A DNA stretch of 64,000 bases from Halothiobacillaceae bacterium (GCA_049974825.1 JBNGDJ010000001.1:30993-94992); one strand, 5' to 3'; counted from the stretch's first letter, positions 1 through 7,886 are shown. Program-made: numbers and translations. Notes: a model not told the origin generated them from the letters alone.

Positions 1-1307
1 CGGGTCTCGGAAACGTAGCGGTTGGTCTGCCCTACGCTGAGGATGGCCGGCGTGTGGTTTCGCACCCGCACACTGGGGTTCGAAAGGATCTGCACGCTGC
101 CGAAGGCCTCAAGCGCATCCACCGTCACCGAGATCGCCGGAGACGAGAAACCAATACCGAACGACGAGGTGTCCGCGCCGGCAATCCCCACATCCTGTCC
201 GCCAAAGGTGATGTCGCGCGCGGGCAACCACATACCCTTATCGCCGGTATAGCCGGTTGAGCCGCCGCTGATGGTGGCCGGCGCCGTGCCCAAGGTGCTG
301 GCTACCCGGTCACGCAGGAGGTTCCAGTCCAGCCCCCAGCGGAAATCGTCGTTGAGGCTCACATCCAGCAGCTGCGCTTCGATCAGCACCTGCCGCCCCA
401 TGACTTCCTTGAGGTTGCCCACCAGGTTGGCGACCCGCTTGACTTGAGAGGGTCGCGCACGGATCTCGAGCGTCCCGGAAGCACGGTTGATCGAGTAACC
501 GGCGCTGCCCGGGCGGATTGTCAACGTGTCCTCTTCTTCGTCTTCTTCCTTTGACTGTCCCAGGATACGCTGCAGTGCCAGGTCGAGCTGCTCGTAGGGG
601 TCCGCCGATCCCGCGGTACCTCCACGAAGCGAAAAATCGCCCTGGATCAGGTTGTCCGCACCACCCCCGTCGCCGCTGCTGCCGCCACCGAAGACATTGC
701 CCCCGGCCGCAAGATTCAGATCCATGACGGTATTCAGGAAGTCGACGTTGAACAGGCGATCCTCATAGACGCCGATGCGAATGACGTTGCCGCGCCGTTC
801 AACCGCCAGGTCGAAGGCGTCGGCCACGTGGTCCAGCAGTTCCCGCGCGGTGACATCCGGCAGGAACAGCGACGCCCGCTTGTCGATATCCAGAACCTCG
901 GGCTCCACAATAAGGCTGGTGTCGGTTTCCTCCGCAAGTACCCGGAGCACCGCGGTCAGGGGCGCATCGTGCAGCCGCACGGTAACCACCATGTCCTCAA
1001 GCGGGTCGTACTCCGGCTCTACCGCCTCTTCCAGTGGCTCAGGTCCCTTTTCCTCGACGCTGGCACGAATCTCGTCGTTCACGCTCCGAAACTTGGCTGA
1101 CTCTTCGGCAATGCGATCGGTCATCCGCTTGTACGCCTCGCGTTCCACCTCGCCCATGGTGGTCACGCTGCGCGGGGGATTCTGCGCACAACCGGCCAGC
1201 CCCATGGCCACGGCCAGAAGCGCGATCGACACCCTGCGCCCCCCCTTGCGAGAACCCCGGAGCGGATTGAGGCTGTGCTTGTTGAGCAAACGTGCTTGGC
1301 TCGTCAT
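1..1307 (-). CDS. Secretin (GspD/PilQ superfamily, MshL/type IVb-like lipoprotein secretin); C-terminal part lies outside the window
   Basis: Own minus-strand translation from ATG 1307-1305: MTSQARLLNKHSLNPLRGSRKGGRRVSIALLAVAMGLAGCAQNPP (lipobox LAGC). An N0-like segment follows (VTVRLHDAPLTAVLRVLAEETDTSLIVEPEV, RLFNVDFLNT), then a Gly-rich linker and secretin-core strings (QVLIEAQLLDVSLNDDFRWGLDWN, SVQILSNPSVRVRNHTPAILSVGQTNRYVSET). The frame stays open to nt 1. It is absent from the ORF track because there is no in-window stop. Confidence 0.8.
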   Translation of the reverse strand, partial: MTSQARLLNKHSLNPLRGSRKGGRRVSIALLAVAMGLAGCAQNPPRSVTTMGEVEREAYKRMTDRIAEESAKFRSVNDEIRASVEEKGPEPLEEAVEPEYDPLEDMVVTVRLHDAPLTAVLRVLAEETDTSLIVEPEVLDIDKRASLFLPDVTARELLDHVADAFDLAVERRGNVIRIGVYEDRLFNVDFLNTVMDLNLAAGGNVFGGGSSGDGGGADNLIQGDFSLRGGTAGSADPYEQLDLALQRILGQSKEEDEEEDTLTIRPGSAGYSINRASGTLEIRARPSQVKRVANLVGNLKEVMGRQVLIEAQLLDVSLNDDFRWGLDWNLLRDRVASTLGTAPATISGGSTGYTGDKGMWLPARDITFGGQDVGIAGADTSSFGIGFSSPAISVTVDALEAFGSVQILSNPSVRVRNHTPAILSVGQTNRYVSET

Positions 1308-1368
1308 CCTGAACAACTATCCCGTCGTTAACGTTTGTGAGTCGTTTCGGCCCCGGTCATGGACCCGG

Positions 1369-2160
1369 TTATCGGTATTTCAGCCGCGCAGCCAGTTGGT
1401 CTGCCGACAACATCCCGGACACCCCGTCGTACTGCGCCGAAAGCGGAGTGTTCGGCGGCGGCAGGCACACAGCGGCCGTCCGTGGTGGCGGAGAAAGATC
1501 TACGCCGCCCCCCGGTTCCATGCGCCCCTGCGGCCCGGGCAGAACCAGGGCCACTGCCGGGTAGCCGAGAATGTCCGTGCAATCCGGCGTATCACCCGCA
1601 AGCGCGGCCATGTGCGTCTGTGCCGGATCAAGCGACACTTCGCTGCCATCCGGTGCCTCAATCGGCGGTTCCTGATCTTCGGTTCCGGCGTCTTCGTCCG
1701 ACTCAGGCTGGGGCTGTACGATCGACAGCCAGCGCAGCCCCTCCAGAAGATGATCGACACCCTGCTCCGCCATACCCTGTGGCAGGCGTTGCGTCTGCCG
1801 AGTCAGATCAATCGGTTCTCCCCGGTACACGCTGAAAAACCCCCGCTTGACGGTTGCCGGACTGGACAACCCAAGCGTCTGGTACGGAATCCAGCCGAAC
1901 CCGGCATCGCTGGTGCAGCTGCCGGAGGGCGCGCGGCTCTCGTGCCCGTCGCCCTCCAGGTCCGGGCAAGGCAGCCGATGCTGCAACGCCGCGTACTCGA
2001 CCACGCGGGCAAGAATCCGGTCGACCTCGCTCTGCGCCTGGTCCCGGCCCTTGCCTTCAACGACCAGATTGGCTGCGAGGATGGCCGCCCCACCGACCAA
2101 CGCCGTGACCACCAGGGCCACGGCCACCTCGACGAGCGAAAATCCACAGTTCCGGTTCAT
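1369..2160 (-). CDS. Prepilin-type minor pilin / pseudopilin (263 aa)
   Basis: N-terminus MNRNCG|FSLVEVAVALVVTALVGG has the prepilin cleavage/methylation motif (G-1, F+1, E+5) followed by a hydrophobic helix. ATG 2160-2158 overlaps the upstream stop (ATGA). No other domain recognised. Confidence 0.7.
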   Translation of the reverse strand: MNRNCGFSLVEVAVALVVTALVGGAAILAANLVVEGKGRDQAQSEVDRILARVVEYAALQHRLPCPDLEGDGHESRAPSGSCTSDAGFGWIPYQTLGLSSPATVKRGFFSVYRGEPIDLTRQTQRLPQGMAEQGVDHLLEGLRWLSIVQPQPESDEDAGTEDQEPPIEAPDGSEVSLDPAQTHMAALAGDTPDCTDILGYPAVALVLPGPQGRMEPGGGVDLSPPPRTAAVCLPPPNTPLSAQYDGVSGMLSADQLAARLKYR

Positions 2161-2816
2161 GGCGCCGGCAACTCCATGGCGAAATCGTGGTCCAGCTGGC
2201 CCTGCAGGGTTTCCATTTGCTTGAGCAAATCCTGCAGCTTGTCGATGTCGACCTCCTCGCCGCGCTCCGCTTCCCGTTCGATCTCTTCGGCCAACGCCTG
2301 CAGATCCCGAGCGATCGCAACATTGTTGCGGAGCTGGCCAAGATCAATGCCACCGATCGCTTCGTTGCCCGTGATCTCGGCCATGCGCACAAGTGCCGAA
2401 TCCAGACGGTCCAGGTCCGGTTTGGGCTCGGCTGCAATAGCGGTCATTTCCCGCTGGATGGCGTTGAGTTCAGCCAGTTCCTCGTCGCTGAGCTGCGGCC
2501 CGACCGGCTCGGGCAGCTCAGGTACCGGTGCCCGGGGCGTTTGCTCTTCCGCCGGCTCATCGGGCGCTTGCTCCCAGGGACGCGGGGCCTCGTCAACCGA
2601 CGACAGATCCGCAGGCTGGTCTCCCGCATCGGGTCGAGGCGACGGTTCAGGCATCTTCGCCGGCTCGTCTGCGCTTTCGTTGACGGCCGGTGCCTGCCCG
2701 GTGCCCGGGGACGACGCCACGGGTTCTTCGCGCCCGTGATAGACAATCTCCATGACAAGCAGGGCGCCCAACATCAGGGCAATCAGAACCGTCAGAACCT
2801 TGCTGGTCGTGCTCAT
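2157..2816 (-). CDS. Hypothetical bitopic membrane protein of the filament operon (219 aa)
   Basis: N-terminal TM anchor (VLTVLIALMLGALLVMEIV), Pro/Glu-rich linker, and a C-terminal helical/coiled-coil-like acidic region. ATG 2816 is preceded by GGGGTGAG. No family recognised. Confidence 0.5.
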   Translation of the reverse strand: MSTTSKVLTVLIALMLGALLVMEIVYHGREEPVASSPGTGQAPAVNESADEPAKMPEPSPRPDAGDQPADLSSVDEAPRPWEQAPDEPAEEQTPRAPVPELPEPVGPQLSDEELAELNAIQREMTAIAAEPKPDLDRLDSALVRMAEITGNEAIGGIDLGQLRNNVAIARDLQALAEEIEREAERGEEVDIDKLQDLLKQMETLQGQLDHDFAMELPAP

Positions 2817-2849
2817 CGAAACTCACCCCGCGGGGAAGGCCCCGCACTA

Positions 2850-2880
2850 CTGAAAACAACTGCCCGCCGACAAGGCGGGC
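2850..2880 (-). terminator. Intrinsic-terminator-like hairpin inside the filament operon
   Basis: Read on the minus strand just after the stop at 2887: GCCCGCC-TTGT-CGGCGGGC stem-loop (plus-strand 2862-2880) followed by AGTTGTTTTCAG (T-rich, plus-strand 2850-2861). Stem of 7 bp. The T-run is interrupted. Confidence 0.3.
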
Positions 2881-2886
2881 CCCTGG

Positions 2887-3462
2887 TCAGGGGTGCACGC
2901 GCCCGATCTTCGAATCGCCATCCATTCGAAGCACCAGTCTTTCCGAGCCGCGCTCGACGGTCACCTCGTCTGGCTCAATGCTGGCCACGACCCCGCCGGC
3001 ATCCAGTTCATCGCCCTGACGGTAGAACCGGCCGTCAATCAGAGCCCGTGCCCGCTGTTCCGCCACGAAAATCATCTGAAGCACCGGGTCCGGCAGCGGT
3101 GGCGGCGCGGCTTCGGCAGCCGCCTGTGCCGCCGCCTCAGCCTGAGCTCTTGCCTCGGCTTCCTCGGCCAGCAGGACCTCCTCTTCCTGCTCAGGCTCAG
3201 GCGGCACCTGGGCCAGAAAGGTCCGCTCACCAAGACGGCGAGCGAGGCGCGCCTCCCGCGCAGCTTCATCAAGTAGATCAACCCGCGCCGAAGCAGTCAC
3301 GAGATCCTCCTCAAGACGAAGCAGGGCCGGATTGGCGGCCGGGCGCTCCACGGGCATGGCTGCCAGCCCCTTGGCACTGCCCCGGACATACTCGTAATAC
3401 AGGGCGCCCGCCACCACCAGGGAAAGCGCCAGAACCAGGCCGATCAGGCGAGCGGGATTCAC
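2887..3462 (-). CDS. PilP/MshK-like pilus assembly protein (191 aa)
   Basis: N-terminal TM (LIGLVLALSLVVAGALYY) and an Ala/Glu-rich coiled coil. The C-terminal segment ALIDGRFYRQGDELDAGGVVASIEPDEVTVERGSERLVLRM resembles the PilP/MshK/GspC-HR beta domain. The GTG start overlaps the upstream stop (GTGA). Confidence 0.5.
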   Translation of the reverse strand: MNPARLIGLVLALSLVVAGALYYEYVRGSAKGLAAMPVERPAANPALLRLEEDLVTASARVDLLDEAAREARLARRLGERTFLAQVPPEPEQEEEVLLAEEAEARAQAEAAAQAAAEAAPPPLPDPVLQMIFVAEQRARALIDGRFYRQGDELDAGGVVASIEPDEVTVERGSERLVLRMDGDSKIGRVHP

Positions 3463-4922
3463 GAGACACCCTCCTTGCGCAGCAGATAGGAGAAGAAACC
3501 GGTACCGCGACTGCGACTGCCGGGATCCAGGGCTTCCGTGTCATAACCGGCGGCAGCCAGCCGTGAGACAAAGCGTGTCAGGTCGGCATCCGCCCCGGCA
3601 TCAAACATGCCTTCGATCCGATAGGCCGAACCCCCGTCCGCCGCCGCAATCCGCATAATGCGAATCCGGGCGTCACCCAGCGCATCCTGCAGATCCAGAA
3701 GGACAGTACCGAGAGAAGGCCCCTGCCGGGCCGCCGCCAGGTCAGCCACCAATGTCAGGTCTTCCTCAATACCCTCGAGAAGGGCCGTTGGCGGGGGCAG
3801 GGCCGGCATGTCAGCGGCAATGCGGTCGGCCTCGGCCTGCAGCAAAGCGGCGCGCGCCTGAAGGCTGTCGGCCTTCTCAAGGTTCTGGAAGGTCAGCAGG
3901 CCGAGACCGCAACTGGCCACGATGGCCGCCGCCGCCAGCGGTGTTCGAAACCGGTCCGCCAGATTCACGGCCCGCACCCAGGGCTCCTCAAGCACCGGGG
4001 TGCGAGAGACCATGGACGCCAGCGATGGGTCATAACGCAGGAAGCGCGAAAAACGCAGGGGGGCAAGCGGCTCTTCAAGCATTTCGAGCTCGGGGCCGGC
4101 ACCCAGGTCGCCTCCGGATTCCGGTACCGTAGAACCGCCCGCATCAGACGCCCGTTCGTCCACGGAGTCGTCCAGCTCAGGCTCTTCACCCGGCATGGGA
4201 ATGGTTCGAACCTTGCCCTGGGCCGTAACCTCCTTGCCCAGACGGCCAGCCATTCGCCGCCGCAGGGCTTCTGCATGCGCCTCGGCATCCTCCGGGTCGG
4301 CGGCCAGGGTGGTGGCGAAGAGGTCAAACCAGTGAATGCGCTCGGCCTCGGCGATTGCGCGCCCAACCTGATCCCGTTCAACCCGCGAGAGCAGGGAGTC
4401 CAGGGCCGAATTGATGACTTCCGGCTCTTCCTGGTAGGCCACGACCGATTCATGCGCCATTTCGCCGCGATGCCAGGCCGCAAAATGCAACTGCCGTCCC
4501 CACCGGACCGTCACGCAGCCATGTCGGCGCGTCAGAGCAACCAGCAACTGGCCCAGGGCGTGGCTGTCCACCGGGTAGGGCTGGCGATGAGCCCAGTCGC
4601 CATAGGCCTGCCAGTCCCGAAGGCGCACGGCGGTAAGAAAGCAGGAAGTAGTGCCGGACACCGAGTGGGTCCAGTGCGGCAGCAGGCGGGATTCGCCCTC
4701 AATCAGGCCTTCATTGCGCAGGCGCTTTTCGATGGTCGGCAGGGCGAAGCGCTTTTCGACCTCCGCCCGGTATAGACCAATGGTGGCCTCGGGAAAGTCC
4801 ACCAGCACCTGGGCCGGTCGGGACAAGCCGCTGCGCTCGGGGATGGCCTGCACGCCGCGCTTGCCGTCGACGGCATACCAGAGATCATCAACAATGCAGA
4901 TCAGGGCGTCCTTCATGGCCAC
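3459..4922 (-). CDS. PilM-PilN fusion / GspL / MshI-like assembly protein (487 aa)
   Basis: Topology only: about 300-aa cytoplasmic N-domain, acidic linker, single TM (AAAAIVASCGLGLLTF) and about 130-aa C-domain. No nucleotide-binding motif recognised. Start is GTG 4922 or ATG 4916. It lies between PilO-like and PilP-like genes. Confidence 0.45.
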   Translation of the reverse strand: MAMKDALICIVDDLWYAVDGKRGVQAIPERSGLSRPAQVLVDFPEATIGLYRAEVEKRFALPTIEKRLRNEGLIEGESRLLPHWTHSVSGTTSCFLTAVRLRDWQAYGDWAHRQPYPVDSHALGQLLVALTRRHGCVTVRWGRQLHFAAWHRGEMAHESVVAYQEEPEVINSALDSLLSRVERDQVGRAIAEAERIHWFDLFATTLAADPEDAEAHAEALRRRMAGRLGKEVTAQGKVRTIPMPGEEPELDDSVDERASDAGGSTVPESGGDLGAGPELEMLEEPLAPLRFSRFLRYDPSLASMVSRTPVLEEPWVRAVNLADRFRTPLAAAAIVASCGLGLLTFQNLEKADSLQARAALLQAEADRIAADMPALPPPTALLEGIEEDLTLVADLAAARQGPSLGTVLLDLQDALGDARIRIMRIAAADGGSAYRIEGMFDAGADADLTRFVSRLAAAGYDTEALDPGSRSRGTGFFSYLLRKEGVS

Positions 4923-4923
4923 C

Positions 4924-5418
4924 TCACTCCATCAGGCGGAAATAGGCGGTGCCACGCAGGGTCAGCCGAAGCGGCTGATCCACGACCTCGTTGACATCAA
5001 ACAGCCCCGCGTCGACATGCGTGACCGCCAAGTCCAGCGACTCCACAGCAAAGTGCCGTGACTCGCCGAGCAGAACATCATTCAGTACCCGCTCCAGTTC
5101 GTCTCGATCAAGCTGGACCTGGCGCAAAGACACCTGCCGCGCCCCCCACTGAGAGTCACGGTAATTGGTCCACTCCAGACGCTCATCAAGATCCTGGGCG
5201 AGCACGGCCAGTTGCGCCTGCCGTTCCGCGTCGGCTACCCGCTGCTCGGCCATGGCCCGGGCCTGTTCGGCGCCGCGCAGGGCTTCAGCGGCACGTTTTT
5301 GCTGCTGGCCGCTCCAGTACGCCGCCGCCAGCATGCCCATCATCAGAGCAACAAGCAGCCCGGTGAAGACCATGCCGGCATGCCGACGTGTTGCGACATG
5401 ATGGTTCTTCCAACCCAC
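4924..5418 (-). CDS. PilO/GspM-like bitopic assembly protein (164 aa)
   Basis: Basic N-terminus, TM (MVFTGLLVALMMGMLAAAYW), coiled coil (AEALRGAEQARAMAEQRVADAERQAQL) and a small C-domain. GTG 5418 has GGAGCAG 7 nt upstream. Confidence 0.4.
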   Translation of the reverse strand: MGWKNHHVATRRHAGMVFTGLLVALMMGMLAAAYWSGQQQKRAAEALRGAEQARAMAEQRVADAERQAQLAVLAQDLDERLEWTNYRDSQWGARQVSLRQVQLDRDELERVLNDVLLGESRHFAVESLDLAVTHVDAGLFDVNEVVDQPLRLTLRGTAYFRLME

Positions 5419-5422
5419 GAGG

Positions 5423-6289
5423 TCACTGCTCCATGATCCAGTGTGCGGTCAGCAGGACGACCCGGTCCTCATCGAAGGTCCGGCCTTCCTGAGTTCCGTC
5501 TTCGGCCACGGTACCAATGCCTTCCTGCTGCGCGACAGTGTTGTTCGCCAACCACTGGTGGCCAGGTCGGTTGGCCGTTTCCGAATCCTCGTTGGTGTTC
5601 GCGGTCTGGATGCGGAAGCGCCCTTCCAGTGCATCCGGCTTGCCGTCAATCACCTGGTCCAGATACCGGGCCAGGTCCGGTGTCAGGCCACGAAGCACCA
5701 TGACATTGCCCGCACCACTTTCAGTGCCGGCCGGGTTCCACTGAAAGCAGACCTGCAATTCAACCGCATTGCCATTGGTATCCTGATAGACGTAGCGATC
5801 CTCGCGGCCTTCACCGCGCCCCGGCGGCATCCGGATGCCGATACGCTGCATCAGCGCGCGGAGGTTCTGATCGGCCAGCTCGCGGTCGCCCTCACCGACC
5901 TCGCCCTCGTTGTAGCCCTGGCCATTGCAGATCTTCAGACCGGTATTGGCGAAGTTTTCGGGAATGCCGGCCAGCGCGCCGTCCAGATTGCCCCCCTCAC
6001 CGGTGCTTGATCCGCCAATGGTCGCCTCCTCGCCATTGACCATGTAGGTTGGCGAGGTCTGCACATCACCGAGAACAACACCGGTGCGGTTGTAGTACTC
6101 GTCGTAGGCCTTTTTCCAGCCGCTGACGAACTTGTTGGAGATCTTCGCGTACTCGGCGTTTCGCTGAACATCCTTTCCGATCATGACCGCACCGACGATC
6201 AGGCCGATGATCACCAGCACGATCGCCATTTCGATCAGGGTGAAGCCGCCGACCCGTCGGCGCATCCCGACTTGCTCGATCACTCGCAT
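5423..6289 (-). CDS. Large type IV pilin-like protein, paralog B (288-aa precursor)
   Basis: MRVIEQVGMRRRVGG|FTLIEMAIVLVIIGLIVGAV is a prepilin motif. ATG 6289 was chosen because AGGAG lies 7 nt upstream. The ORF track begins at TTG 6295, and an alternative ATG is at 6265. The mature part is about 270 aa with 2 Cys. Confidence 0.8.
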   Translation of the reverse strand: MRVIEQVGMRRRVGGFTLIEMAIVLVIIGLIVGAVMIGKDVQRNAEYAKISNKFVSGWKKAYDEYYNRTGVVLGDVQTSPTYMVNGEEATIGGSSTGEGGNLDGALAGIPENFANTGLKICNGQGYNEGEVGEGDRELADQNLRALMQRIGIRMPPGRGEGREDRYVYQDTNGNAVELQVCFQWNPAGTESGAGNVMVLRGLTPDLARYLDQVIDGKPDALEGRFRIQTANTNEDSETANRPGHQWLANNTVAQQEGIGTVAEDGTQEGRTFDEDRVVLLTAHWIMEQ

Positions 6290-6304
6290 GCCCAAACTCC
6301 TGCC

Positions 6305-7099
6305 TTACTGGTTCATCTTGTAGTGCGCTACGACAACTTGGACCTGATTCTCGTCCAGCCCGGCGTCTTCCCCGATACCTTCTTGACCGTAGGCCTGAGT
6401 GTTGCTGGCCTGCCACTGCTGCCCGGGTTGATTCGCGGTCTCGCACGTCGCACCTTCGCGACGGAACATGCCCTCGCACTCATCCGGCTTGCCGTCGATC
6501 ATCTGATCCAGGGCGCGGGCCAAGTCGGGCGTCAGCCCAGTGAGCACCATGACATTGCCCGCGCCAGAAGCGGTGTCCGGCTCATTCCACTGGAAGCAGA
6601 CCTGAACCTCCTGCGGGTTGCCATTGCTGTCCAGGTACACATAGCGGTCCTCGGAACCCTCGGCGCGGCCCGGCGGCATGCGCACACCCGCCCGCAGCAT
6701 CAGCTGACGCAGGGCAAAATCGCCGTTCACCGTCGTATCCTCCGCGCCACGATCCATGTCCTGCCCTTGAGCCCCCTGGCAGATCGCGGAGGGCTCGTCG
6801 ACACCCGACATATCACGGCCGGAGAGGCTGTCGCCGTTGCCATCGAAATTGGCCCCGTTGACCATCAAGCGCGGCGCGGTCTGATCGTCGCCGAGCGGGA
6901 CGCCGGTTCGCTGGTAGTAGGTGTTGTAGGCCACCACCCACTGATCCACGAACTTCTGCTTGATTTTCGAATATTCCGCGTTGCGCTGGACATCCTTGCC
7001 GATCATTACGGCACCCAGGATCAACCCGATGATCACCAGCACCACGGCCATTTCCACCAGCGTGAAACCGCCGGCACCCCGAATGCGTCTTTGCATCAT
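6305..7099 (-). CDS. Large type IV pilin-like protein, paralog A (264-aa precursor)
   Basis: MMQRRIRGAGG|FTLVEMAVVLVIIGLILGAV is a prepilin motif. ATG 7099 was chosen because GAGGGAGGCAAGAGA lies upstream. The ORF-track ATG 7138 has no RBS. It shares long blocks with paralog B (GKDVQRNAEY, RMPPGR.EG.EDRYVY, QVCFQWN, SGAGNVMVL.GLTPDLAR, IDGKPD). Confidence 0.8.
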   Translation of the reverse strand: MMQRRIRGAGGFTLVEMAVVLVIIGLILGAVMIGKDVQRNAEYSKIKQKFVDQWVVAYNTYYQRTGVPLGDDQTAPRLMVNGANFDGNGDSLSGRDMSGVDEPSAICQGAQGQDMDRGAEDTTVNGDFALRQLMLRAGVRMPPGRAEGSEDRYVYLDSNGNPQEVQVCFQWNEPDTASGAGNVMVLTGLTPDLARALDQMIDGKPDECEGMFRREGATCETANQPGQQWQASNTQAYGQEGIGEDAGLDENQVQVVVAHYKMNQ

Positions 7100-7329
7100 G
7101 TCAGTCTCTTGCCTCCCTCGCAGGGCTGGATTTCGCATTAAACGAACCGAAGTTCATGGACCGGGGACTTGAACGCGCATCCTGCGCGATACTTGTGTTG
7201 CACACCCCTTGAAAAACGCCGCACAAAGCCACAGTTGGCGCTGCTCGGCCACCAAACCCAGTGGTTTGGGCCACGGTACGCCGGGGCATCCATCCCCAAC
7301 CGGGAACCTGAAAAATTCCAAAAGAGATT

Positions 7330-7369
7330 CCCTTGCGAAGGGTTCCTTCCCTGGAACCCTTCGCAAGGG
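7330..7369. repeat. Perfect 17-bp-stem hairpin (CCCTTGCGAAGGGTTCC / GGAACCCTTCGCAAGGG)
   Basis: Read directly: stem 7330-7346, loop TTCCCT, stem 7353-7369. It is preceded by AGAGATTCCC (7323-7332), the terminal motif of the mosaic repeat family. Confidence 0.85.
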
Positions 7370-7427
7370 GTACTCACGACACTCACGAAAGCGATCGCTG
7401 CGTTTTGGCAGATAGTCCATGACTCAA

Positions 7428-7444
7428 CGTTAACGCAGCGTTAA
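7428..7444. promoter_or_regulatory. Candidate operator: two CGTTAA hexamers phased 11 bp apart (site 1)
   Basis: CGTTAACGCAGCGTTAA. A near-identical site is at 7692-7709. It lies between the SARP-like regulator gene and the pilin operon. No binding function has been shown. Confidence 0.3.
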
Positions 7445-7483
7445 AAAGCCAAAGACGCCGTCGCCGCCGGCCAGCCGGGATGA

Positions 7484-7529
7484 CAGCCTTGCCGAAGAAC
7501 TCCTTCCCTGAAATTCTTCGGCAAGGCTG
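7484..7529. repeat. 16-bp-stem hairpin related to 7330-7369
   Basis: CAGCCTTGCCGAAGAA ... TTCTTCGGCAAGGCTG with a loop containing TCCTTCCCTG, the same loop core as the 7330 hairpin. Confidence 0.85.
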
Positions 7530-7546
7530 TCGGGGCTTGCAAGGCC

Positions 7547-7600
7547 CTGTGGTCATTCCGGGCAAGGCCCGTCCCTGCGCCAGGCCCGGAATGACCACAG
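7547..7600. repeat. 17-bp-stem hairpin
   Basis: CTGTGGTCATTCCGGGC ... GCCCGGAATGACCACAG with a 20-nt loop, read directly. Confidence 0.85.
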
Positions 7601-7691
7601 GCTCGTCAATCGAGATTCGCCGCCGGATTCCTTCCCGAAACCGACAGATCCGGTGCCGAACGGCGAATAGGTGGGGATTCTGTGGGGGAAT

Positions 7692-7709
7692 CGTTAACCG
7701 AGCGTTAAC
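7692..7709. promoter_or_regulatory. Candidate operator: two CGTTAA hexamers phased 11 bp apart (site 2)
   Basis: CGTTAACCGAGCGTTAAC. Hexamer starts are at 7692 and 7703. It is the partner of site 7428-7444. Confidence 0.3.
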
Positions 7710-7886
7710 GGGCAGCAGGAAGCAGCCACATCAGGGGTGGGAAGGGCTCAGGCAGTGAACGATAAGAAACGCGACAAAACGAAAAAATGAGCAAAATCAG
7801 CGCACTATACTGGACAAAAGAGGAGGCCCACGATTACCCCCGGCGCAAGCCCGAGCAACAGCCGCCTGCGGCTGGACAGCGCCATC

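Noticed and set aside
74-84. tRNA-like T-loop string GGTTCGAAAGG
   Set aside because: It lies inside the secretin coding frame and no acceptor or anticodon stems can be drawn around it. No other tRNA-like region was seen in the window.
775-2739. 654-aa plus-strand ORF (with the similar 2187-3566 ORF of 459 aa) overlapping the secretin, pseudopilin and neighbouring genes
   Set aside because: The translations are Ser/Arg/Ala/Pro-rich and low in complexity with no motifs. They lie antisense to ORFs that carry clear prepilin, secretin and TM features. This is the typical long open antisense frame of GC-rich DNA.
7139-7400. Sigma-54 promoter for the pilin genes (expected by analogy with PilS/PilR-controlled pilA)
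   Set aside because: The candidate TGGC strings on the minus strand (for example TGGCTTTGTGCGGCG) have the wrong GG-to-GC spacing. No PilS/PilR pair is present either, so no promoter call was made.
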